From NCBI GenBank assembly GCA_963708295.1, contig CAVPSJ010000012.1:64001-128000 (forward strand): 64,000 nucleotides of DNA. Reading direction: 5' to 3'. Under the pieces are notes generated by a model that made no database searches, was not told where the DNA came from, and saw nothing but the letters and a program-made list of their open reading frames with translations. Position numbers and translations under genes: made by a program. This stretch comes from an uncultured delta proteobacterium (GTDB lineage Bacteria; Desulfobacterota; BSN033; UBA1163). Of the stretch, positions 9,745 through 19,570 are shown one piece after another. Every line of letters begins with the position of its first letter. The first letter of the stretch is position 1.

Positions 9745-10719
9745 TCACCTGCATGCAAGAACAGATCGTTGCACCAGGGTCCTGGCAATCTGAACCATAT
9801 ACCGGTTATGGCGAAGTGGTTTTGCCGAGGATGCAACTGCATCTCCCGCCGCCTTTGCCGTCGTCTCGTCAATTCCCCGGCCCGTGATCGATTCTTCAGC
9901 TTTTACCGCACGGTAAGGCGTGGCGTAAACCGCATTGAGGCAGATACGGGCATGGCGGACTTTGCTGTCTGACAGGGTCATCCTCGCAGCACAATTCACA
10001 ATCGGAAAGTCTATCGTCTTCCTGCTGGCAAATTTAACGAAAGAGCTCTTCGTATCAGCGGGGGGCGCTTTCATTTGAATCTCTGTCACGATTTCATCAT
10101 GCTCCAGAACGGTCGTCCTTGTGACCCCGACCTCAAAAAAGTCAACGGCAGGGATCAATCTCCTGGATGTCTTCACTACGGCATCGAGGGCGATCAAGGC
10201 AGGGGCGGTGTCACTCGGGTGGACGGCCAGGCATCCGCCTTTGACGATCGAATCAAAAATAGAGTGATACCGGTTATCCCCTTCAATCGCATAACATCTC
10301 CCGCCCCCTTTCCGAAGGCATGGAAATCGGTTGTGTGGGTTTCGATAGTACCAGCATCGGATGTCCTGGCAGATATTGCCGCCAATCGTTCCCATTTCCC
10401 GGATGTGGGGAGATGCCGTCCTGTGGGCGGCTTCGGCGAGCGCACTGTATTTGGACCGCACGAAGGAATCGGTCGCGATGTCTTCAAGCCGAGTCAGCGC
10501 CCCGATTCGCAGGTTCCCTCCCTCTTCTTTGATAAAATCAAGCCCTGGGATGGTTTTCAGGTTGATGATCGCCTCCGGGTACATCGGCAATATCTCATCC
10601 TTCATTTTCCCGAGCAAATCGGTTCCGCCGGCAATGACGCTCGCCTTGGCCCCGTACCTCTGCAGGACAGAGATCGCCTCATCGATGGTCCGCGCGTTCA
10701 GATGCACAAACTTCCTCAT
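9745..10719 (-). CDS. xanthine dehydrogenase-family FAD-binding subunit (YagS/PaoB-like, with Fe-S insert)
   Basis: AGGTDL, IGAL, IREMGTIGGNICQDIRCWYYR..C..KGG..C, HPSD.APALIAL. Confidence 0.93.
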   Translation of the reverse strand: MRKFVHLNARTIDEAISVLQRYGAKASVIAGGTDLLGKMKDEILPMYPEAIINLKTIPGLDFIKEEGGNLRIGALTRLEDIATDSFVRSKYSALAEAAHRTASPHIREMGTIGGNICQDIRCWYYRNPHNRFPCLRKGGGRCYAIEGDNRYHSIFDSIVKGGCLAVHPSDTAPALIALDAVVKTSRRLIPAVDFFEVGVTRTTVLEHDEIVTEIQMKAPPADTKSSFVKFASRKTIDFPIVNCAARMTLSDSKVRHARICLNAVYATPYRAVKAEESITGRGIDETTAKAAGDAVASSAKPLRHNRYMVQIARTLVQRSVLACR

Positions 10720-10905
10720 CCTTTCCTCCTATGCATCACCTCTTCATTAATTAAGAAATGACTCCACCCAGGACCCTGTCCCCTCGGAGGGGAAAAGAAA
10801 GCCAATTTTCATCGTTCGAGGTTGACGCGGTGGTCATGAAACATACAAGACCGGACGGGTGCGGGTTTGATAAACCTCTGGAAGCGCACCTACCCGCCAG
10901 ACACG

Positions 10906-13317
10906 CTATGCTTTCCCCAAAGCCTGAAGCACTTTATCCGGAGTAATCGGCCCGTCGTCCACCCATTTCCCCAGGGCGTTGTAGACCGCGCTTTCAAGGA
11001 GATAAGTAGTCATCGTGGCAACATCTTCCCCTACCCCGACCGTCCCGTAAGGTCCTAAACCCATCCCGGTTTCCACGATAATCGTCTCCACACTCCCAAC
11101 GTCGAGCAGGGTCGCCCATTTGTAATCGAGGAGGCTGCCGTTGAGCAGCACGCCTGTCACCGGATCCCAAACATATTGCTCCATCAGGTTTCTTCCCATT
11201 CCCATATAGGTGCCGCCATACATCTGTCCTTCCACGGTTTCCGGAGACAAAGCCTTCCCGACATCGTTCACGTTTACGACCTTCTTAACCTCAACCTCCC
11301 CTGTTTCGATGTCCACTTCGATCTCGCAGAAATGGGCTTGTCTGCACAAACGGTGCCGGCCCGGCTCCGTGCCGTACCTGCCCTGCCGGTGATATTCCCA
11401 CGCAAAGACCGGAGCATGCGTCGTGCCCTGGATGGCGGCATAGTCCAAGCCCCAGTTCATGCTCCCCGCCATATCTTTCACCACCTCGGCCACGGTCTTC
11501 CTGACGGAGGGGTCTGCTTTGACGAAAATGACACTCTCCTTGACATCCAGGTCCTCCGGTTTTCGGCCCGGAAAAGCGGGAGGATCTACCCTTTCGATAA
11601 CGTCGACCGCTGTAGTGGCCAGTTCGAGAAGCCTCTCTTTTGCCTTTCTTGCCGCTTTTCTCATGACATACCCATTCGTGGTCAGATTGCAGGAGCCATC
11701 CGGGGACATCATCGGCAGGTAGACGTCGTCCTGCTGCCTGAAAAACACATCCTCCATTCGCATTCCCAATTCTTCCGCCACGACTTCGCAGTACGTCGTT
11801 TCAGCATTGACCCCTTGGTCGCAACGAAACCCGATGATATTGACGGACCCATCTTGTTGAATCAGCACCCCCCCTACCCCGGCACCCCTGTTGTCATCCC
11901 ATTCGTGGCTCCAGATAAATCCCATGCCGTGCATTTTGCCGTTGTCTAGCCTTCTGGCTCCCGGCGCATGCCACTTCTGATCCCAACCGATCGCCTTCTT
12001 TCCTGCGTCGATGCACTCTCTCAGGCTATCCCTGGCAGCAAATCCATGGTCCGCCTTGAACTGGTCAAGATGGGCCATCTCTTTTCCCTCCGTGCCGTCG
12101 TTCTTCAGCGCCACTTCTGTCGGATCCATTCCAAGTTCGCCTGCCACATGGTTGAAGACGTGAGCCATTGCGAAGGCGGCCGGTGTTTGCTCACATCGAA
12201 GGGCAATGACCGGTCCTTTGTTGACCCGCGCCGTTACGTTTTGAGCTCTGATATTCGGGATTCTCGTGTTTTCAAGCAGGTGGCTCTCAGCCCAATACCC
12301 TGAATTGGCATAGATTGCCTTGAGATCGACGGCGCTGATGGTTCCATCCTTCTTGACCCCTATCTTAAAATACCCGACCATGGCATCGGTTGATCCGAAG
12401 ACAAAATCCTCCCTTCTGTTGAAAACCCACTTCACCGGTCTTCCCGTTCTTCTGGCCAGTATCGCACTGAGCCCTTGATCGATTTGACTCGAAGAGATCC
12501 AGTTCCATCCCCCATACATCCCCCCACTGTAGGGAACATTGGTTTTGATCTTGTTCATCGGTACGCCCAAATACTGGTGCAGGGTCCACTTATGCTCATA
12601 CGGGTGTTGATGATGTAACCAGAGTTCCAAGCAATCTCCTTCCCATCGAGAAATGCCCCCCAGCAATTCCGCGTCTGCCCCGCCGTGGTACCGCCGGGTT
12701 GCCTTGAACTCAATGATCTGATCAGCCTCCTTGAAACCTCTCTCCACATCCCCAAATTCCATGACCCCGGAACAGGGAGAAGGGGGTGCTTCCGTGAGGT
12801 TATCTGCTGACAGTTCCGGCCGCACCGGGGGAGCGCCCGGCTTCAGCGCCTCTTCCTGGTCGAGCACGAACGGACGGATCTCCCACTCCACGTCAATCGA
12901 CTTCAGTGCCCGGACGGCGATATCCTCTGTCTCCGCGGCAACGGCAGCCCCCATGTGCTGCCCTTCGAAATAAGCATAACCGGGCAGAAAATCGTCGCTG
13001 CCCCCGTAGGTCGTCACGACCTTTCTGCCGGATACTTCCGGGTCGTCATACCGGAGAACGGCCCACACCCCTGGTAACGCCTCCGCCTTGCTTGTATCCA
13101 TTCTCTTGATTCTCGCATTTGGATAAGGCGAGGTAAAAAACTTCGCATACAGCATCCCCGGCAGTTGAATATCCCTTGTGTAGACCGCTTTTCCGCTTGC
13201 CTTCCTGTACCCGTCGATACGGCGTATTCCACGCTTTCCCAGGATATCAAACGTCTCAGGAGCATACCGGTCATGTTCCATGGGATTGCTGGGCATATCT
13301 TTTATGTCTCGACCCAT
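10906..13317 (-). CDS. xanthine dehydrogenase/aldehyde oxidoreductase-family molybdopterin-binding subunit
   Basis: KASGKAVYTRDIQLPGMLY, GGMYGG, DQG..T, EVDIETGEV, DVGKAL.P..VEGQ..GG, G.G.YG..GVGE. Confidence 0.93.
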   Translation of the reverse strand: MGRDIKDMPSNPMEHDRYAPETFDILGKRGIRRIDGYRKASGKAVYTRDIQLPGMLYAKFFTSPYPNARIKRMDTSKAEALPGVWAVLRYDDPEVSGRKVVTTYGGSDDFLPGYAYFEGQHMGAAVAAETEDIAVRALKSIDVEWEIRPFVLDQEEALKPGAPPVRPELSADNLTEAPPSPCSGVMEFGDVERGFKEADQIIEFKATRRYHGGADAELLGGISRWEGDCLELWLHHQHPYEHKWTLHQYLGVPMNKIKTNVPYSGGMYGGWNWISSSQIDQGLSAILARRTGRPVKWVFNRREDFVFGSTDAMVGYFKIGVKKDGTISAVDLKAIYANSGYWAESHLLENTRIPNIRAQNVTARVNKGPVIALRCEQTPAAFAMAHVFNHVAGELGMDPTEVALKNDGTEGKEMAHLDQFKADHGFAARDSLRECIDAGKKAIGWDQKWHAPGARRLDNGKMHGMGFIWSHEWDDNRGAGVGGVLIQQDGSVNIIGFRCDQGVNAETTYCEVVAEELGMRMEDVFFRQQDDVYLPMMSPDGSCNLTTNGYVMRKAARKAKERLLELATTAVDVIERVDPPAFPGRKPEDLDVKESVIFVKADPSVRKTVAEVVKDMAGSMNWGLDYAAIQGTTHAPVFAWEYHRQGRYGTEPGRHRLCRQAHFCEIEVDIETGEVEVKKVVNVNDVGKALSPETVEGQMYGGTYMGMGRNLMEQYVWDPVTGVLLNGSLLDYKWATLLDVGSVETIIVETGMGLGPYGTVGVGEDVATMTTYLLESAVYNALGKWVDDGPITPDKVLQALGKA

Positions 13318-13451
13318 CTCTGTCCTCCTCTACGTCTCTATCATCTTCCGCGTGCCTAAGAAACACCGAAACGCATACCCAACTGGCTTTTCCAGGCAAC
13401 GTTACTAATGAGTCCATAATTGAAAAAACATATTTGTACCATTGCGATAAA

Positions 13452-13560
13452 TCCCCATCCCCCTCCTTCCCTCCCCCTTGAAGGGGGAGGAAGCTATCGT
13501 TTTCCCTCCCCTTCAGGGGGAGGGAAGGGGTGGGGGTGGGGTTAATCAAATGTCTATTCA
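13452..13560. repeat. G/C-tract REP-like palindrome cluster (family D)
   Basis: CCCTCCCCCTTGAAGGGGGAGG...CCCTCCCCTTCAGGGGGAGGG..GGGGTGGGGGTGGGGTTAATCAAATGTCTATTCA; tail repeated inverted at 32613-32647. Confidence 0.75.
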
Positions 13561-13652
13561 ATCTTAACGTTGCAAGAAGATCTCACTCCATCGACATGGG
13601 TGAATCCCGCGTTCCACGGAATTTGCCCATGGCCGCTTACGCTGCTGCAAGG

Positions 13653-14222
13653 TTAATGCAGTCTCTTCGCCGCTTCCTTCACGGCTTTCACGTGCTGGGG
13701 ATAAGTCCCGCACCGGCAAAGGTTCCCTGCGAGGGCTTCCTTTATTTCTTCCTCCGACGGCCCGGGATTTCTATCCAGCAGCGCCTTCGCCGTAACTACG
13801 AACCCGGGGGTGCAGTAGCCGCATTGCATACAGTGATGTTTGACGTATTCATCGATGAGCGGATGTTCTTTCGCCGCAATGCCTTCGATGGTTTCTATCT
13901 TCTTGCCTTCACACTCGATTGCGAGTGTCATGCAGGAGAGGATCGGCCTTCCCTCCATAATGACGGTGCACGACCCACAGGCGCCCCGATCGCAAAACAT
14001 CTTTGCACCCGTAAAACCCAGTTTGTCGTGGAGAACATGATACAATGTCCATTCCGGCTCTACCCCGATTTCGTATGCCTTTCCGTTGACCCTAAGCGTG
14101 ATCAGTCCCTCCGGAACCGGCAAAGGCTCCTTCCCATGGCCCTGGGTCACGTGTCCCCTGAGGTCCTCAATCGAGTTGAATGCCGTCGCGCAATACGGAC
14201 AGGTGTATTTCGTCTCTTTCAC
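13653..14222 (-). CDS. xanthine dehydrogenase-family (2Fe-2S)2 subunit with N-terminal C2H2 zinc finger
   Basis: CDRGACGSCTV...SC; QCGYCTPG; NLCRCG; N-terminal CPYC-x12-H-x4-H. Confidence 0.92.
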   Translation of the reverse strand: MKETKYTCPYCATAFNSIEDLRGHVTQGHGKEPLPVPEGLITLRVNGKAYEIGVEPEWTLYHVLHDKLGFTGAKMFCDRGACGSCTVIMEGRPILSCMTLAIECEGKKIETIEGIAAKEHPLIDEYVKHHCMQCGYCTPGFVVTAKALLDRNPGPSEEEIKEALAGNLCRCGTYPQHVKAVKEAAKRLH

Positions 14223-14462
14223 TCTCCTATTCCTCCTTCATCCATTCTTTACAATTCCCAGACCTCTCTCAATGGGCAGCAAAATCCTCCTCGATCCCTC
14301 CGAGAGTTTATTCGGGGTGATATCTTTACGCTCCTTTAAAATACCAAACCAATCGCCATCCGAAGTCCTCCCGGGAGCGGGATTTACCCGCGACCGTTTA
14401 TGCAACTGTCAGCTAAAGATTTGGAGACCCATCCGCCTGCCCTCTCGCACATCTTCCGGATC

Positions 14463-15689
14463 TTAAGAAACGCTGAGTTTCTTCAGGTACAGTGATTGGT
14501 GGATCCTGTTTTCGTAATCGCTCCTGAAATACCTCAAGCTGTCCATCACGGGGATGCAGGCGCTCTGCCCCAGTCCGCACAACGAGGAATCCGTCATGAC
14601 CCGCGAGAGATCCTCCAGAATCTCTATGTCTCCTTGCGATCCTTCCACTCTCGCCAGTCTTCCCAGGACCTCAATCAACACCTGAGTCCCCTCCCGGCAG
14701 GGAGCACACTTCCCACACGATTCTTCGGCGAAAAATTCCGCAGTTCGGTAAATCATATCGATGATATCCCTGCTTTCATCGAAAACGGTCACCGCCCCGG
14801 AGCCTAAGACCCTTTCAAAGGAAAGAGGCGTGTCGATCAGGCTTCCCGGGATAATCCTTCCCGCCGCCCCTCCTATTTGAACAGCTTTGACGCCCTTCGC
14901 GCGAGCCCTTTCAAACACCAGCTCCTTTAGGTTACTTCCCATGACCAGCTCATAGATTCCGGGCTTCTTCACATCGCCGCTGACCGAAAAGACCTTGGTC
15001 CCCTTGCTCTTTTCCGTCCCGATCGCGCTGAACCATGAGGCCCCGTTCGAAATGATCTGGGGAATGTTGGCCAAGGTCTCTATGTTGTTAATGATGGTAG
15101 GTTTTCCAAAAAGCCCGCTCACCGGTGGAAAGGGAGGTCTGTAGCGGGCTTCCCCGCGTCCGCCTTCGACGGAATTCATGAGGGCGGACTCCTCACCGCA
15201 GACATAAGCGCCTGCTCCTTCTCGGACCTCCATCGTCAAACCCTTTAACAACCCTTTCCGCTTCGCCTGCTCAATCCCATTTCTGAGTACGGGGATAAGA
15301 ATGCGATATTCCCCGCGAAGATAGACGTAGGCGTTCCGGGCTCCAATCGCGTATGCGGCAATGGCCATCCCCTCAAAAAAGCTAAAGGGATCGTTCTGCA
15401 GGATGTGCCTATCCTTGAACGTCCCCATCTCACCCTCGTCTGCGTTACAAATAAGAAATTTCTCATCTGCCGGGGTTTTTCTCGCCACCTCCCATTTCAA
15501 CCCGCAGGGGAATCCGGCACCTCCTCGGCCCCGGAGTCCGGAGGCCTTCACTTCCTCAATCACCGCATCCGGGGTCATATCGTTCAGCGCCTTTGCCAGA
15601 GCTTTAAAACCTCCCCTCTCCAGGTAAGTATGGATATCCCCGGGGTCGATCACCCCACAATACTTTAGGACAATTCTTTTCTCCGGCAC
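14463..15689 (-). CDS. NuoF/HoxF-type FMN/NADH-binding subunit (short form)
   Basis: SGLRGRGGAGFP.GLKW, CNADEGE.GTFKDR, GAGAYVCGEESAL, ESCGKCAPCREG, SLCGLGQ. Confidence 0.92.
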   Translation of the reverse strand: MPEKRIVLKYCGVIDPGDIHTYLERGGFKALAKALNDMTPDAVIEEVKASGLRGRGGAGFPCGLKWEVARKTPADEKFLICNADEGEMGTFKDRHILQNDPFSFFEGMAIAAYAIGARNAYVYLRGEYRILIPVLRNGIEQAKRKGLLKGLTMEVREGAGAYVCGEESALMNSVEGGRGEARYRPPFPPVSGLFGKPTIINNIETLANIPQIISNGASWFSAIGTEKSKGTKVFSVSGDVKKPGIYELVMGSNLKELVFERARAKGVKAVQIGGAAGRIIPGSLIDTPLSFERVLGSGAVTVFDESRDIIDMIYRTAEFFAEESCGKCAPCREGTQVLIEVLGRLARVEGSQGDIEILEDLSRVMTDSSLCGLGQSACIPVMDSLRYFRSDYENRIHQSLYLKKLSVS

Positions 15690-15707
15690 AGCTGTTCCTC
15701 CCTCAAA

Positions 15708-16814
15708 TTACTTGTATGATTTAAGGATTCCCGATATCTTCCTGGGAGTCAGGTTCCCATGAAGATCATCATTGACCAGCATCGCCGGCGCTTGGTCACA
15801 GGCCCCGATGCAGTTTGTCCATTCAAATGAGAACTTCCCGTCCGCCGTCGAAGCACCCGGCCTGATCCCGATCTCCTTCTCCACACGAGCAGCAATCCTG
15901 CCCCCATTCTTCATGTAGCAGGGCAGACTCTTGCAAATTCTGATCACGTTCCGGCCCCGGGGTTTTACCGAGATAAAAGCATAAAACGTTGCCACTCCAT
16001 AAACTTCACTCAAGGGCAGGCTCAAGCTCCGGGCAGCAGCGGACATCGCCTTCTCAGAAAGATAACCCGATTTCCTTTGGGCACCGATGAGCCTTTCCAA
16101 CAGCGTCTCACGCTCCCGGTTTCCGACGGAAGTTTGCATACGGATTTTCTCGACTTCAGCCGGCTTCCGTTCCTTTGCGCCACCCGGGGATGTCAGGGCG
16201 GAGGTCGGACAATAGTCGATACAGATGCCGCAGTCTTTGCATACCTCTTTGTTCAGTGGGACGTCGCAGTCAACGACGACCTTGGAAGAGAACCCGCGAT
16301 AAGCCATGCTGTAAATATTTTGTCCGGCAATCTCGCTGCAGGCCTTGATACACCGGTAGCACAAGATGCACTTCGACAGATCCCGCCTCACATAGGGGCT
16401 GACATTCTCCACGGGATAAAAGCGCGGCCTTCCGAGAGGAAATCTGGGAGGTCCAACTTCCAGATCGGCGGCGATGACGTGAAGCTGGCACGCCTCGACC
16501 ACGCCGTCTTTGACGCACGGCCCGGTGTGCCCCGCGAACAGAAGCTCGACGATGGCCCGACGCGCCCCCAAAACCCTTGGAGACCGGGTATGGATCGTCA
16601 TCCCTTCCGTGATCGGCGTATGGCAGGAACCCACCAGTCTCCCGGAGCCCTCCACTTCAACCACGCAAATACGACAGGACCCTGAAGGTGTCAGGCCGGG
16701 GATGTGGCAGAGCGTCGGAATATCGATGCCACCCTGCCTGGCGGCCTCAAAAATGGTCATTTCTTTCCGCCCCCCCACCTCCGTACCGTCGATGACGACG
16801 CTTACATCACTCAT
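15708..16814 (-). CDS. fusion of NuoG/HydA N-terminal Fe-S module and NuoE [2Fe-2S] domain
   Basis: IPTLC..GSCRIC..SC; KCILCYRCIKAC; CKDCGICIDYCP; then GVATFY..ICKSLPC...CIGACDQAP. Confidence 0.88.
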   Translation of the reverse strand: MSDVSVVIDGTEVGGRKEMTIFEAARQGGIDIPTLCHIPGLTPSGSCRICVVEVEGSGRLVGSCHTPITEGMTIHTRSPRVLGARRAIVELLFAGHTGPCVKDGVVEACQLHVIAADLEVGPPRFPLGRPRFYPVENVSPYVRRDLSKCILCYRCIKACSEIAGQNIYSMAYRGFSSKVVVDCDVPLNKEVCKDCGICIDYCPTSALTSPGGAKERKPAEVEKIRMQTSVGNRERETLLERLIGAQRKSGYLSEKAMSAAARSLSLPLSEVYGVATFYAFISVKPRGRNVIRICKSLPCYMKNGGRIAARVEKEIGIRPGASTADGKFSFEWTNCIGACDQAPAMLVNDDLHGNLTPRKISGILKSYK

Positions 16815-17104
16815 AGGGCTCAGTCCTTTTGTTCAAGAGATTCTTGCAGTCGTTACAAATCTTCCTTCCCATTATGGGCCTGTACAGGCCTTTTTACGGG
16901 CCGTATTGTACCTGTACCCCAGGTTAGAAACCTTGTCAAGACGTTTCCACCAAAATGGATCTTTGAATACAGTCCATGCTTTTCCCCAGAGCAATTTTTT
17001 TCTGGGATAACGAAATAACACCATTTGGATCAAAAGAAGCAACGCGAAAACTTCATCATTAGCCTCAACCGTCTCTTATTTGTCCTCTTAACCAAGTATT
17101 CTCC

Positions 17105-17133
17105 TTGACAAATTTACCCGCTTCTAATATATA
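17105..17133 (+). promoter_or_regulatory. sigma70-type promoter
   Basis: TTGACA-17bp-TATATA upstream of SDR. Confidence 0.5.
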
Positions 17134-17236
17134 AAACCCCAGATTTTGCAGCGGTGTTTCAAGTGTAGGGTGTATCCCACATTATTTCGACCCAAGACAT
17201 ACCTGAGAGCAATTCAAGCGCACGAGGAGGATCCCT

Positions 17237-18019
17237 ATGAAAGAGTCGATCAAGAACCTGTTCAGCTTGGACGGTAAGGTGGCACTTGTGACTGGCGGAA
17301 ATGGAGGTATTGGCAAAGGCATTGCGCGGGGGTTGGCTGGAGCCGGGGCGGACATTGTCATTGCAGCCCGGAATGAGGCCAAGACAGCTGCAGCCGTGCG
17401 CGAGATCAAGGAAGAATTTGGCGTGAAGGTGGTGGGGGTGAAAGTGGATGTAAGGCAAGAGCCCCAGATTCATGCGATGGTGAAAAAGGCCCTCGATTCC
17501 TTCAAAAAAATCGACATCCTGGTCAGTAATGCCGGCATCGCCATCCATAAGATTCCTGAAGAGATGTCCACTGCAGAATGGGATGAGAACATCGAGGTAA
17601 ACCTCCGTAGTTTCTTCATTGTTGCCAAGGCTGTTTATCCGGTGATGAAGAAAGCCGGCGGAGGAAAGATCATCAGCATCGGTTCGATGTTCGCATTCTT
17701 TGGCTCTGAGGCCCTCCCAGCCTATGGGGCGAGCAAGGGTGGGATCGTCCAGCTGACCCGTAGTTTGGCCGTGGGCTGGGCCCACGAGAACATCCAGGTC
17801 AACTGCATCCTTCCAGGATTCATCAACACCGATCTTTCTGCGGACGGAAAGCGGGATATCCCGGGGTTAGAAGAGGGTGTCAAAGCCCGGACCCCGGCCG
17901 GCCGCTGGGGCGAGCCCGAGGATATGGCAGGAACGGCCATTTTTCTGGCGAGCCGCGCGTCGGACTTCTTAACGGGCGCGGCTATCCCTGTAGACGGCGG
18001 ATTTGCCGTGAAAGTGTGA
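17237..18019 (+). CDS. SDR oxidoreductase (KduD/gluconate 5-dehydrogenase-like)
   Basis: LFSLDGKVALVTGGNGGIG, YGASK, IQVNCILPG, RTPAGRWG. Confidence 0.92.
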   Translation: MKESIKNLFSLDGKVALVTGGNGGIGKGIARGLAGAGADIVIAARNEAKTAAAVREIKEEFGVKVVGVKVDVRQEPQIHAMVKKALDSFKKIDILVSNAGIAIHKIPEEMSTAEWDENIEVNLRSFFIVAKAVYPVMKKAGGGKIISIGSMFAFFGSEALPAYGASKGGIVQLTRSLAVGWAHENIQVNCILPGFINTDLSADGKRDIPGLEEGVKARTPAGRWGEPEDMAGTAIFLASRASDFLTGAAIPVDGGFAVKV

Positions 18020-18104
18020 AGAAGCAGCGAACATTATTTTTAATGGGCCAAAACCGGAGGGAATGTTTTATAATGGAAGCATCTCGTCACGGTGGGGAGG
18101 CTCC

Positions 18105-19388
18105 ATGAAGCACTACGTCAACTATGGGAATCAGAGGAAAGAATTCTCACTCCCGAGGGGATGGAATCCGATTTCTGCTGTGGATAAGCCTCCTATTCCC
18201 GGAGTAAACGACCCCATCCAGGAAATCAGACGCGCCCTGGATCATCCGATCGGATCAGCCAAGATTGAAGAGCTAGCACGCCCGGGGATGGAAGTGGTTC
18301 TACTCTTTGACGACTTGCAGCGGCCCACTCCGGTTCATCTTGCCCTGCCCGAGATCCTGAACCGCCTGAACCGGGCGGGGATCCCCGATGAGCGGATTAC
18401 CGGAATCTGTGCCGTGGGGACTCACTCTGTTCTCACATCGGAACAACTTGAGAGGAAGGTGGGAAAAGAATTTTTTTCCCGCCTGGAAAGCCGCGTCCTT
18501 TCCCATGATCCCCATGCCTCTGATAATGTGACCATTGGGAAAACCCATCGAGGAACTCTGGTGGAAGTCAACCATCGGGTGGCCTTCGCCGATCTGATCA
18601 TCGGGGTGGGAGAATGCATGCCTCACCCCATCGCCGGATACGGAGGCGGATGCAAGATCATCCTGCCCGGGGTTTGCTCTTATCGATCCGTAGCCGACCA
18701 TCATTATACATGGATGCGCCACCGAAGCAGCAAAGTGAACGTGATGGATGGAAACTCTTTTTACGAAGAGATCGTCGACGGCGGAAAGCTGGCAAGGCTG
18801 GCCTTCAAACTCGATTTCATCATCAATGAAAGGAAGGAAGTCATCCGGGCCTTCGCAGGAGATCCCGTCGCGGAGCACCGGGAAGCCTCACATCATGCGG
18901 CCTCTCTTTATCTGGTCCCCTTGCCAAAAATGGCGGACGTGACGATTACCGCTGCTTTTCCGATGGAAATCGGGGTGCAATCCACGAAGGCATTGACCAT
19001 GGCGGGATTTTGCACGAGATCCGGAGGAACGATCATCTGGGTTGCCCCGCAGAAAGAGGCCGGTCCGATTATGCCTTTGATCAAGGAAATGGCCAGCCCG
19101 GAAAGTGCGGGAGATTTCCACCGCCGGCTCATCCGAGGGGACGTTCCCGACCACCTCAAATCATTCGGAATCTCGTACATCATGCAGGTCGTTTACTTCA
19201 AAGAGCTGGCCGAAAAATTTAACGTCGTCCATGTGACGGAGGGACTTTCCCCGGAGCAGGTGAAGATGATGAAATTCTCCTATGCTCCGGATATGCAAGA
19301 AGCGATCAAACAGGTCTCCGAAATAATGGACAAGGCCGACGTCGCGATCCTTCCCTCCGGTGGCAATGTCATTGCGGAGGTCGGGTAA
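18105..19388 (+). CDS. larA: LarA-family nickel-pincer-dependent racemase/epimerase
   Basis: ALDHPIGS, DDLQRPTP, AVGTH, HDP, PH.IAGYGGGCK.ILPG. Confidence 0.85.
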   Translation: MKHYVNYGNQRKEFSLPRGWNPISAVDKPPIPGVNDPIQEIRRALDHPIGSAKIEELARPGMEVVLLFDDLQRPTPVHLALPEILNRLNRAGIPDERITGICAVGTHSVLTSEQLERKVGKEFFSRLESRVLSHDPHASDNVTIGKTHRGTLVEVNHRVAFADLIIGVGECMPHPIAGYGGGCKIILPGVCSYRSVADHHYTWMRHRSSKVNVMDGNSFYEEIVDGGKLARLAFKLDFIINERKEVIRAFAGDPVAEHREASHHAASLYLVPLPKMADVTITAAFPMEIGVQSTKALTMAGFCTRSGGTIIWVAPQKEAGPIMPLIKEMASPESAGDFHRRLIRGDVPDHLKSFGISYIMQVVYFKELAEKFNVVHVTEGLSPEQVKMMKFSYAPDMQEAIKQVSEIMDKADVAILPSGGNVIAEVG

Positions 19389-19570
19389 CGCTTGGCGTAA
19401 AGCGAACAGCGTCAAATCCACAGACCCCGTTAACGGATCGCTCCCACCTGATCGCCTTCGACCTTTGCAGATGAATCAACGCTCGCCTTGAAAATCGCCC
19501 TATCGAATGTTACAGAGTTTTTCGTCACCTTCTTCATCTCCATCAATAAAGGCATGGCCTGAGAGAATTC

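Noticed and set aside
14463-16814. Respiratory complex I or hydrogenase operon
   Set aside because: No membrane nuo genes and no H-cluster or NiFe catalytic motifs; only the diaphorase module is present.
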